A DNA stretch of 64,000 nt, taken from Vicugna vicugna. Its lineage: Eukaryota. The stretch covers positions 1-64,000 of the forward strand of contig MU057786.1 of assembly GCA_013265495.1 (NCBI GenBank), read 5' to 3'. This document shows, one piece after another, positions 40,952-51,900 of the stretch (position 1 is the first letter of the stretch; each line of letters starts with the position of its first letter). The notes below the pieces were generated by a model, which saw nothing but the letters and a program-made list of their open reading frames with translations, searched no databases and was not told the DNA's origin. The translations under genes were made by a program, and so were the position numbers.

Positions 40952-41091
40952 CTGTCTGTCCAATAGAAATATAATGCAAGCCACAAATTTACTTTTTCTA
41001 GTAGCCACATTAAAAAAGGTAAAAAGGAAATGAAATTAACTTTAATAACATTCTTCTTAACACAGTATATTCAAAATATTATCATTTCAAC
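40952..41091. mobile_element. MER33-like hAT-Charlie DNA transposon, left part
   Basis: CTGTCCAATAGAAATATAATGCAAGCCACA...TTTCTAGTAGCCACATTAAAAAAG typical of the MER33 terminus. Confidence 0.75.
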
Positions 41092-41100
41092 ATTTCATCA

Positions 41101-41475
41101 GGGTTTGAAACATGGCAGAAGACATGGACTAGTAACAAACTACCAGCACCATCGAAGGGCCCCTGGAACTCATCAGTTTCAGCCTGGATGAGCGAATCTA
41201 TGTGAAAATGAGAAATGACAGAGAGCTTAGAGGCAGTATACATACTTATGATCACATCTAAACATGATAGTGGGAGATGTAGAAGAAACTGACAATATAG
41301 AAATTGATGAAGAAACATATGAAGGGATATATAAATCAACAAAACAGAATACCCTGATGCTCTTTATCTGAGGAGACAGTGTTGTGCTAGTTGCCTGCCA
41401 TTGAGAGTTGGCCGAAACAAAGAATTTATCCTGTGTGGAAAAATAGGACTCTTTCCATGATTGCCTCTTTAAATG
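41101..41475 (+). pseudogene. LSM3: LSM3 processed pseudogene, 5' part (degenerate CDS 41112-41415 plus start of 3' UTR)
   Basis: Reads MAEDMD*+[33 protein letters not shown]...GDVEET...[19 protein letters not shown]...GDSVVLVA..LRVG, matching LSM3. Intronless, with early stops and frameshifts; the stop codon has mutated to CGA. Confidence 0.93.
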
Positions 41476-44388
41476 GAAAAGATAACCTAGAAGAAATGGA
41501 CACGTTTCTGGAAACATACACTCCACCAAGACTGAATCAAGACTGTTGAAGACCACTTGAACAGACCAATCACTAGAAATGAAATAGAATCAGCAATAAA
41601 AAACCTCCCTACAAACAAAAGTCCAGGACCAGATGGCTTCACTGGGGAATTCTACCAAACATACAAAGAAGAACTCATACTGATCCTTCTCAAACTCTTC
41701 CAAAAGATTGAAAAGGAGGGAGTACTACCAAACTCATTCTATGAAGCCACCATCACCCTGATACCAAAACCAAAGACACTACCAAAAAAGAAATTTATAG
41801 GGCAGTATCACTGATGAACATAGATGCAAAAATCCTCAACAAAATATTAGCAAACAAAATCCAACAGCACATAAAGAAGATCATACACCATGATCAAGTT
41901 GGATTCATCCCAGGGACACAAGGATGGTTCAACATATGCAAGTCAATCAATGTGATACACCACATCAACAAAAGAAAGGACAAAAAATCACATGATCATC
42001 TCAATAGATGCAGAAAAAAGCATTTGACAAAATTCAACACTCATTTATGATAAGAACTCTTACCAAAGTGGATATAGAGGGAACATATATCAACATAATA
42101 AAAGGTATTTATGACAGACTCACAGCCAACATAATACTCAATGGTGAAAAACTGAAAGCCTTCCCACTAAAATCTGAAACAAGACAAGGATGCTCAGTCT
42201 CACCACTTCTATTCATCATAGTCTTAGAAGTCCTAGCCACAGCAATCAGGCAAGAAAAAGAAAGAAAAGGGATCCAAATTGGAAGAGAAGAGGTTAAACT
42301 GTCACTATATGCGGAAACATGATATTACATATAGAAAACCCTAAAGGCTCCACACAAAAACTACTAGAGCTGATAAAAGAATTTGGCAAGGTAGCAGGAT
42401 ACAAGATTAACATATAGAAATCAATTGCATTTCTTTACACTAACAATGAAATAGCAGGAAAAGAAAATAAAGAAACAATGCCTTTTAAAATTGCATCCAA
42501 AAAAATAAAATACTTAGGAATAAATCTGACCATGGAGGTGAAAGACTTATATGTGAAGAACTACAAAACATTGATTAAAGAAATTAAAGATAACTTAAAG
42601 AAATGGAAAGATATCCCATGCTTTTGGGCTGGAAGAATCAATATTGTTAAAATGGCCATACTGCCCAAGGCAATCTGCAGATTTAATGCAATCCCTAACA
42701 AATTACCCATGACATTTTTCACAGAATTAGAACAAATAATCCTAAAATTTATATGGAATCACAAAAGACCCAGAAGTGCCAAAGCAATACTGAAGAAAAA
42801 GAACAAAGCTGGATGAATAACCATCCCAGACTTCAGAGAATACTACAGAGCTACAGTAATCAAAACAGCATGGTATTGGCACAAAAACAGACATACGGAT
42901 CAATGGAACAGAATAGAGAGCCCAGAAATAAACCCACAGACTTATGGTCAATTAATCTTTGACAAAGTAGGCAAGAATATACAATGGAGAAAAGTCAGTC
43001 TCTTCAGTAAGTGGTGCTGGGAAAACTGGATAGCAGCATGTAATCAATTAAGTTAGAACACTCCCTCACATCAAACACAAAAATAAACTCAAAATGGCTT
43101 GAAGGCTTCAATATAAGACAAGACACAATAAACCTAGAAGAAAACATAGGCAAAACTTTATCTGACATAAATCTTAGTAATGTTCTCCCAGAGCAGTCTA
43201 CCCAGGCAATAGAAATAAAAGCAAAAGTTATCAAATGGGACCTAATTAAACTCATAAGCTTTTGTACAGCAAAGGAAACCATAAGAAAAACAAAATGACA
43301 ACCTATGGAACTGGAAAAATATTTCTAAATGATGTGACTGGCAAAGATTTAATTTTCATTATATATAAACAGCTCATACAACTTAATAACAAAACAAACA
43401 AACAAACAATTCACTCCAAAAATGGGCAGAAGACCTAAACAAGCAATTCTCCAATGAAGACATACAAATGGCCAAAAGGCACATGAAAAAATACTCAGTA
43501 TCGCTAATTATCAGAGAAATGCATATCAAAACTACAATGAGGTATCACTTTGCACCAGTCAGAATGGCCATCATTCAGAAGTCCACAAACAATAAATGGA
43601 CTGGAGAGGGTGTGGAGAAAAGGGAACCCTCCTACACTGCTGGTGAGGATGTAGTTTAGTGCAGCCATTATGGAAAACAGTATGGAGAGTCCTCAAAAAA
43701 CTAAAAGTAGACTTATCATATGAACTAGCAATCCCACTCCTGGATATCTTTCCAGAGAAAACTCTAATTGAAAAAGATACATGCACCCTAGTGTTCATAG
43801 CAGCACTGTATACAATAGCCAAGACATGGAAGCAACCTAAATGTCCATTGACAGATGACTAGATAAAGAAGGTGTGGTATATTTATACAATGGAATACTA
43901 CTCAGCCATAAAAGAATAAAATTATGCCATTTGCAGCAACATAGGTGGACCTTGAGATTGTCATTCTAAGTGAAGTCAGACAGAGAAAGAAAAATACCAT
44001 ATGATATCACTCATATGTGGAATCTAAAAAAAGAAATAAAGAGGAAACTAATGAACTCATCTACAAAACAGAAACAGACTCACATACAAAACAGAGACTC
44101 ACAGATGTAGTAAACAATCTTACAGTTACTGAGGGAAAGAGGGTGGGAAGGGATAAATTTTGGAGTTTGAGATTTGCACATGATAGTCAGACACTATATA
44201 TAAAAATAGATTTAAAAACCCTCAAATTTCTTCTATACAGCCTAGGGAACTATATTCAATATCTTGTAATAACCTGTAATGAAAAAGAATATGAAAACGA
44301 ATATATATATTTATATGCATGACTGGGACTTGGTGCTGTACACCAGAAATTGACACATTATAACTGACTATACTTCAATTAAAAAAAA
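41476..44388 (+). mobile_element. 5'-truncated young L1 (ORF2 RT and C-terminal remnants, 3' UTR, poly-A)
   Basis: ORF fragments [67 protein letters not shown] are classic L1 ORF2. Multiple frameshifts and stops, including at the YADD motif (~42309-42320). Confidence 0.95.
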
Positions 44389-44584
44389 GTATAAAATATT
44401 CAAAAGAGAAACCTGCATACATTCTGATTATTAAGAAATGACCAGGAATTCTTCCCTCCTGAAATAAATTGATTTGCAGATAACTTTTAAATTAAGCTAA
44501 ATGGCATTTTAATTTTTCTCCAACCCTTCCAATAAATGTGATCAAAAAGATGCAAAAAAAAAACCAAAAACCCAACCCCAAATA
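44389..44584 (+). pseudogene. LSM3: LSM3 processed pseudogene, remainder of 3' UTR with AATAAA (44531) and decayed poly(A)
   Basis: GAGAAACCTGCATACATT resembles the LSM3 3' UTR as recalled; AATAAA then an A-rich tail. Candidate TSD ATTTCATCAG (41092-41101) / ATTTAATCAG (44585-44594). Confidence 0.75.
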
Positions 44585-44594
44585 ATTTAATCAG

Positions 44595-44872
44595 TATAAA
44601 AACTGGATATACATTTTTTTGTACTAAGCCTTGGAAACCCAGTATTTTGTATTTTCAGCACATCTCAGGTTGGGTTTTTTTTTTTAATGTTTAAAATTTT
44701 TTTTTATGAGGAGGTAATTAGGTTTATTTGTTTAACAGTACCGGGAATTGAACCCAGGCCCTCATGTATGTTAGGCATGCCTTCTACCACTGAGCTACAC
44801 CCTCCCCACTTCATCCCAGGTTGGACAAGCCACATCTCCAGTGCTCAGTGGACACACTATAGGACAGTGCAG
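44595..44872. mobile_element. MER33-like element, right part (interrupted by a SINE)
   Basis: GTACTAAG...CAGCACATCTCAG...GCCACAT..CAGTGCTC...GGACAGTGC; the terminal GGACAG complements the left CTGTCC. Confidence 0.7.
44674..44811 (-). mobile_element. tRNA-derived SINE inserted in MER33
   Basis: Reverse A/B boxes; TSD CATCTCAGGTTGG (44661-44673) / CATCCCAGGTTGG (44812-44824). Confidence 0.9.
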
Positions 44873-45124
44873 GATGGAGGATCCTGAGGATAGAGCAGGG
44901 AGCAGAGCAGACAAGGTCTCTGGCATGGCACTGTTGACAGTCTAGCATGGAAGACATGGATTGACATGGATGGTAAAGAAGTAAACAAATCAGTTTGGAG
45001 AGTGATAAGTGTCATTGAGAAAATAATACACATGTATTATATAGAGACTGGGTGGCTGATTTAGATTGCCTGGGTAGTTGGGAAAGCTTTTCAGAGGCTG
45101 AGACCCAAATGAGGAGGCATTAAC

Positions 45125-45620
45125 CATCAGTTACCTATTGCCGCAATAATACTTTATAAAAAACCACATCAAAATTGAGAGGCTTAACTAATAGCTAGTT
45201 ATTATTGCTTATGAGTCTGCAAGTAGCTGGTCAGTTCTTCTGGTCCCAGGTGGGCTCACACGTACATCTGTGAGCAGTTGCAGGTCAGGTGGGTGGCTCT
45301 GCTACTGGCTGGACTTGCCTGTTTGGGGTCTGCTGGCTGTAGACTGGTGTAGGATAACCTCAGCTCTTTCCCCTGTGGCTTCTCATCCTCCAGCAGGCTA
45401 GCCCAGGCCTGTTCTCATGGTGGAGGCAGGGATCCAAGAGAGAATGTGGAAGGCTCAGCCTCAGAACTATGTATCACTTTTGCCACATTATTTTGACAGA
45501 TGCCAAGTTACAAGGCTGGCCCAGATTCTGGGAGGAGCTGCAAAGTCACACTGCAGAAGGTGTGTGCACAGGGAGAGATGGAAAATTCAGGCACTTTTTG
45601 CAATTAATCTCCCATATTAC
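45125..45620 (-). mobile_element. MLT1 (MaLR) LTR
   Basis: ATCAGTTACCTATTGCCGCAATAA...CTCCAGCAGGCTAGCCCAGGC...GCTGCAAAGTCACA. Confidence 0.65.
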
Positions 45621-45895
45621 TTAAAAGCTTTCAACACCATCAGAAAGTTCTCACAATGCTAAACTTGTACGTGCCCAATAAAATATCCTCAAAATATAAA
45701 AATAAAAATGGAATTGTAGGGAGAAATTGACAAAATTACTCTTCCAGGGGAAGTTTAAATGTACCTTTTACTATTGATAGGTCAAACACACATAAAAATT
45801 AGTAAAGATACAAAAGAGTTACGCATAATTTATGAGGTATTCAGTCCAGAAATATCTTTGTTACACTTCCTGTGTGTGAGGCACGATTCTAGGTG

Positions 45896-46377
45896 TGTTA
45901 GCAAACCAAACTTGGGTCCCCTCATCCATTCGCAGTAAAGCCAATCTACTGATGATACAGGGTTGTGGTGAAGGCAAGTGCAGCGTTCATTGCAGGGAAC
46001 GAAGCAACAAGTCCAGGGCAGCTAGTGCTCCGAACACCAGGTTTCTGCAAAGCATTTTTAAAGGCAAGGTGTGGGAGGGGCGTCCCAGGGTATGTCATCA
46101 GCTTGTACACAATTCTCTGGCTGATGGTGAGGTAACAGGGCAGTGTCACAGGGGTTAACATTATCAATCCTCAGGCACCAGTAGGTCTGGGGGCTATGTG
46201 CTCATGATCATCAAGAAGTTAATTTCTTCCATTTGGTGGGGGTTTTAGCATCTGGAAAACAACTCAGGAAATGTGCATCAGGTACTATCATCTAGGTACT
46301 TCAGAAAGGAGCTAAAGCAGAGGGTATGGGGGAAGGGTCTGTCCTGGGAAGGTCCCACAGGGTCCTGCTTAGTTACA
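45896..46377 (-). mobile_element. Solo LTR (ERV1-like), 482 bp, inserted in an L2 remnant
   Basis: TGTTA...TTACA termini with GGTG duplicated on both sides (45892-45895, 46378-46381). Strand inferred. Confidence 0.75.
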
Positions 46378-48879
46378 GGTGTGCTGGACATACAGCAGTG
46401 ATCAAAAGCCAACAGTCCCTGCCCTCATAGAGTTTCTATTCTAGTGGCAGGAAACAAATAAATAAATATGTAAAACACACATGATGACTACTATGGACAA
46501 AGATGACAGGGAAAGGAGATATGGAGTGCTGGGATGGCGAGGTGAAGGGTTTAACCTAACTAGCGTGGTCAGGGTAGGCACCACTGAGGAGACACTGGAG
46601 CTAACCTGGAAAAGGTGAGGGAGTGAGTCCTGGCCTTATCTCCAGGAAGAGTGGAGGGAACAGCAGTACAAAGGCTCTGAGGCAGGAGCTGGTTTGGCAG
46701 GTTCTTGTAGTAGATAGAGGCAGGCTTGGCAAAGTGGGAAGGGATAGGAGTAGTCAGGGGCCAGACTGTGCAAGGCCTTATAGGATTTTGGATTTTTGTC
46801 TTGGTGATGGGAAACCCCAGGAAAGTTGTTTTGTTTTGTTTTGTTTTTTGAGGGGGAGGGGGTATAACAAAGCATTAGGGGTGAGGGCCCTGGGGTTCAG
46901 AAGAGGGCTGTTTTCAGACAAGGGTCAGATAGCCAGATCTTTAGAGGTAACTAGGTACCAATCCTTGTCAGGCAACCCGTCCCTAGGGTACTTCCCTTGC
47001 TTTGTCTTTCAAATACCTAGATAGCAGTTTATTCCCCAAAGGATGTCACCATCTCCAGAGAACATATTCCAATTATCCCAGAAAACAAGGTAATTGGGAT
47101 TATCATAGTATTCATCATCTCAATTCTCAGAATGAAAATCTATCCAAAGGAAGAACAAAAGGTAGCTCCAGAAAGCACTCCCTTCCCCCTTGGGAAAACC
47201 CAGTCAACAAGTTATGGAGCCGCAGATTATGTGAAACTGTGTTAGTTTCAAGTCACTTTCCTTTCAGAATATAATTTTACCCGGGAGAAAGAAAGAAATG
47301 GGGACATTCATTCAACAAGTATTTACTGAGCACCTACTCTGTGCCACATATTCTTCTAGGTGCCAGGGATATAGCAGAAAACAAGACAGGAAAAGATCCC
47401 TGCCTTCACAGGGAAGAGAATCATGCAAAGTATGCGATATGTTGGATAAGGCAATAAATGTCCTGAAGAAAAACAAAGAGGGAACAGTGAACATTTAAGA
47501 GTGGGCGTGTTACAATTTAAAATAGGCTGGTTGGGGGAGATTATTTGAAAAGTCCTATCTGCCCAGCATGGGCAGAACAGAGAGAAGGGCTGGGGAGTGT
47601 CACAGAGATAAAGGCAGGGCCTGGCTAACATCTTGTAAGCATTGTAACATAACTACTACAAAATTAAGTGTACAGTTTATAATTTTATAACACATTCTAT
47701 GAAAAGGAAAAACTTCCTGGAGCCAATGTGGTCTACTCTCTGACTTCTAGCTCTCTGAACTGAATTCTATACGTTCTAATACATTTTACTACATGGTATC
47801 AGAGAAAGACTGCACAGCTCTATTTAGCAACTGCAGTTCTGACCCGTTCCCATGCCAGGGCTAAAACAAAGGCACAACAATGGCAGAATAGATTCTTCTC
47901 TTAGTTTTCTTTGTGGGATCTTTTTTCAGCTAGAGGCCACCTGAGTGGGACTCAAGGTAGTGAGGATTCTGTCCTCCTCTAGGCAGCATGCAGGAGGGCA
48001 GCCTGCAGCATCAGAGGGTACATGCTTGCCTCAGATCCATAATTTCAGTTTCTGGCATAAATATGAGATTTAATGGGGAAAAAAAAACAGACATCTGAGA
48101 GCTGGCATAGAGGCATTCTAGCAAAGAAAAAAGCACCTGCTGGCTACTTGGGGGGTGTGTGTGTGTTTGTGTAGATTCAAATGAAGAGAAGAGAACCAAT
48201 CTACGGGGTGGGGATGGGGAATGGGCAGGTGGTGGAGTATAAGCTGAGGAAACTAAGAAAACAAAAGCTGTAAAATAAAAATAAAACTAAAAGCTGCTTG
48301 TGCATGTGTTATCCACAATGGAATCCAGATCACTTATTATGCTGTGGAAGTCAGGGCCATGGCAAGGAAATGGGGTGGGGCCTTCAGAGCACTTGCTTAC
48401 TTCAGTGGAACCAGGGAGGTGAAGGGTTAAGATAGTGGTACAGCTTGGGGGCCCAGAGTCTGAACTTTCTCCAGGAGGGGCTCTCAACAGGGCAGGCTCT
48501 CCCCTGCCTTTAGTGTGGGACCCATGAGGGTGCAGAGCCCCAGCACAGCTCTTTTCAGTATTCATAGATTTAAGCTTACACAGACTAAACACACACACAC
48601 ACACACACACAATTTTAACTTTTCAAATCATGTACCAGATTCAGGAATGTCTATAAGTAATAATGGGTATCGAATGCTTAAGAAAAAATTTGATTCCCTC
48701 AATAGTTATGATACCTTGAGCAAATACCAATCAATGTCCCCATTACCTCACCAGTAAAATACAGAAAACAGGTAGAGATGCAAAGGAAGGCTTCCTCAAG
48801 TGACTGGTATCATACCTGATGCATAGCAGGTTCTTAATCTTGTCCCCTATCCTAACAAAAAAGAATTAGATTGCTGTCA

Positions 48880-49040
48880 AACCAGATCAATCCACCTGGG
48901 GGGATCCTGTTAAAGCGCAGATTCTGATTCAGGGGAGTTGGGGTGGAGGCAGGGATTCTTGCATTTCCCAACAAGCTCCCAGGTTCTGCCTGTGCTGGTG
49001 ACTTGGGCAGGGAGGTGGGGGTCACTCTTTGAGGAGCAAG
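48880..49040. mobile_element. MER5A-like remnant
   Basis: CACCTGGGGGATCCTGTTAAAGCGCAGATTCTGATTCAG...ACAAGCTCCCAGG. Confidence 0.65.
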
Positions 49041-50389
49041 AATTTAATATTATGTTTCATTACTTAGCACAACGACTGCACAAAAAGCCCTCAAAAAAAA
49101 GCTCCTTGGACTAGTTTGTTTCTTTAAAAATTTAACTTTTCCACTTTAGCTTCTGCAGTCACTGACCCAGCTAAGTGCCCAGCACCAGCCAGGTCAGGGC
49201 ATAATGAGCTGTGTGAGGGCATCATTTGGTCCCAGAGGGTTCACAGCTCTCTTTTACAGAAAGATCCTGCAGTCTTCTCCCCACAACTTTCGGCTTTTTG
49301 ATCTTCGCCTTTGCCTCTGATGATAATTACCCCTTAATTAGCACCCTCCACCATGTCATCGAAATAATTATAGTAAGTGCAGCTTGCACCTCTGCTAGCA
49401 GTCTTCAAACAAACTGATAAAACAAGATCCTATGCCAATTTTTAAAAAAGACAAAACTGACCCAAATAAAAGTCATATGCTGTGAAATACACAGACCTGT
49501 TATAAACTATTGAAGGGTTGATTTTTAAACAATCAAAGACTGATTTATCTGGGAAATGGTAAATGTCAGAATATAAATTTTGCAAGCAGTTGTGCAAAAG
49601 TAAAAGTTCAACCATGCTAAAGTCCACCTTAAATTCCTGTTGGGAAGGGCTACAGGATGTCTGAACTATTTTTTCTCTATTTGGAGTTTCCCCGAATATA
49701 TTGCAGGAGCTTGGTAACTTCTGAGTGCATTCAAGGCAAATTATTCTTTTGTGGAAGAGGCGGGGTTTACACTGAAAGCAATTAGTAGTTTTCTAATTTC
49801 CCAAGTGGATCTATATTCACTGTCCACTAAACAGCAGGGCCGTCCCGGCCCAAAGAATCGTGCACCTCTCTTAGGAGGAACAAAATGTGCTACCCTTCAG
49901 AACGCTGTTTTCCCACCGCAGTCTTTACAAAAACAGAAACAAAAAAACGCAAAACTTTCCAGTTTTCTGAATAGGTAATACATTGACATGGAAAAAAGTT
50001 CGAACAGCACAAAATGGTGTATAGTGAAAAATAAATACACTTTGATTCCATCATCGCCCACCTCCTTGCCCTCCCCAGAGGCAATCAGTGGTTCATTAAT
50101 TTTTTTATTACGGAAAATTTCGGATATACAGGTAGACAGCCTGGAACGATCCCGGGTATAACACTGCATCAACAATGGAAAACATCCCTTGACTAGTTTT
50201 ATTCTCCCTCCTTAGTTTTTGTAGGCGTTATTTTAGAATAATTCCCAGACACCAGATCATTTTACCCGTCAAAATTTTAGTATTTCGTCCTTTTTTCCCC
50301 ACCCTCCTTAACCTAACCACATTACCAGCCTCACACCCACCAAGGTTAACGATAATTTCTTAATACCATTCAATTTTCTCGGGGGTCAC

Positions 50390-51900
50390 TTTTAAGGAGT
50401 TCGTGACACACAGAGGGAGAAAGAACTAAGAAGGTAAGGCCGAGGGAATGCAGGGGGCGCATTAAAGAGCCGGGCGGACGTCGCTCCCGGCCGCGGCCAT
50501 TGGATGCCCAGGGCCCCAGGCCTCTCGGGTCGAGGGCCGCTCTGAGTAGGAGCCGCGAGCTCCCCGCCTCCCGGCTCCCAGGCAGCGGCCCCAGCAGGCC
50601 CGGCGCAGCTGCACAACCCACCGTCCCCAGGCACCGGCGAGTCCCTGGAGGGGAAACGATTGACACAGCTGCCTGCACGGCGCTCCCCGGTCCTCCGCCG
50701 CAGCACCTGCGTCTCCCGGCGGGGCTGGGAGCTGGAACTGGCTCGCGAACCCGGACTGGTCAGGCCCGCCGCAGCCACTCCGCCCGCTGCCCGCTCCCGC
50801 GCCCGACTCTCAGCACCGCGACCTCGCGGGCTGAGACTACAACTCCCGTCGAACCCCGCGGCCGGGCCAATGGCGGGCGCCGGAGCATGCGGGGCGCGGC
50901 GCCTGCGCGGCGGTTTGAGTAAGCGGCCGCGCGATTGGCTGCGGGGTCGGGCGGCCGCGCGGGGCCTGTGGGAAGCGGAGTGACGGAGCGAGCGGCTGTT
51001 GGAGGAAGGAGGTGGGGGCCGGGAGCGCAAATGGCGTTGAGATGGTTCAGGGCCCTGTTCAAACTCCAGCGCTGACCATTCACCGACGGAAGCGGCGGCG
51101 CAGGAGGCGGCGGCGGTCCATCGGGGGCACGTAGCGGGCTCCGGCACCAGCTCCGGCGGCGGCGGCGGCGATCAGGGAGGCCTAGGCCCGGGCCCGGCCA
51201 GCGGCGCTCGACGCGGGGAGGGAAGTTGCGGTGCCGCCGCTCCTCCCCCCCTTCACCAGGTTTCCTATTTACCGAGAGCGGAGCCGCGGGTTCTGACGGT
51301 GGCGGAGCCCCTTGCCTCTCTTCGCGCACCAGCCGGCCCTGTTCTCCCGCGCGGGGCTCCGGCGCCCGCCCGTGGGCGGCTGGGAGCGGGAGAGGCGGAG
51401 GCGGCCCGAGGCCAAAGCACCCGCCAGGCGCCGAGGGTAAGTGAGGTCTGGGGCGGCTGCCTAGGCCCGGAGCTTGCCGAGGGTGGGGGAGGCAGGGGTC
51501 TGGGAGGGTGTGATGTAAGTCTCTATCTCACCCACCCGGCCTCTGAGGAAGTTGGGCAGGGGAACGATCTGAAGAACTCTTTTTCCTCTTTTCCCCTTTA
51601 TTGTGAGTTCTTTCTGGGCGACGGCGGATTTACTTCCCTCCCCAGGCGCGGTCAAGTGTGTTGATTTCAGGACTGAGTCTTTTGCCGTCTTTCCCTCCGC
51701 CCCTGCCCGCCGCTGAGGCCTTCCACTGCCCTGGGGATTCGGTGGCAGAGGCTTCCGGGGCGTCGGAAGCAACATCCCTTTCCTGGGTGGTGGGGGTGGG
51801 GAGGAGAAAAGTTGCGTGAGCTTCCAGAGGGTGCGGGGCCGCCTCTCCCCGCCACCTCCTAGTGCACCGCCGCCCCCCAGGTGAGGCTTTCTGGGCGGTC
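50390..51900. promoter_or_regulatory. WAPL CpG-island promoter
   Basis: Very high GC and CpG density. ACTACAACTCCC ZNF143/THAP11-type motif at 50836-50847, CCAAT at 50867-50871, reverse CCAAT at 50934-50938, NRF1-like GCGCCTGCGC at 50899-50908, YY1-like CAAATGGCG at ~51028-51036. Confidence 0.9.
50965..51436 (+). other. WAPL: WAPL non-coding exon 1 (5' UTR; TSS approximate)
   Basis: GC-rich sequence in the CpG island downstream of CCAAT/NRF1 motifs, ending at a strong donor GAGG|GTAAGT (GT at 51437-51438); resembles the mammalian WAPL 5' UTR as recalled. Confidence 0.8.

Noticed and set aside
41557..43862. Functional reverse transcriptase gene
   Set aside because: L1 ORF2 is 5'-truncated, fragmented into many frames, and the catalytic YADD motif is disrupted.
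50392..51329. Long antisense ORFs (251 aa, 189 aa) over the WAPL promoter
   Set aside because: Low-complexity Arg/Pro/Ala/Gly products expected from stop-poor CpG-island sequence; no recognisable domain.
51870..51890. Alternative WAPL first-exon donor (CCCAG|GTGAGG)
   Set aside because: Plausible motif, but it cannot be supported without transcript evidence.
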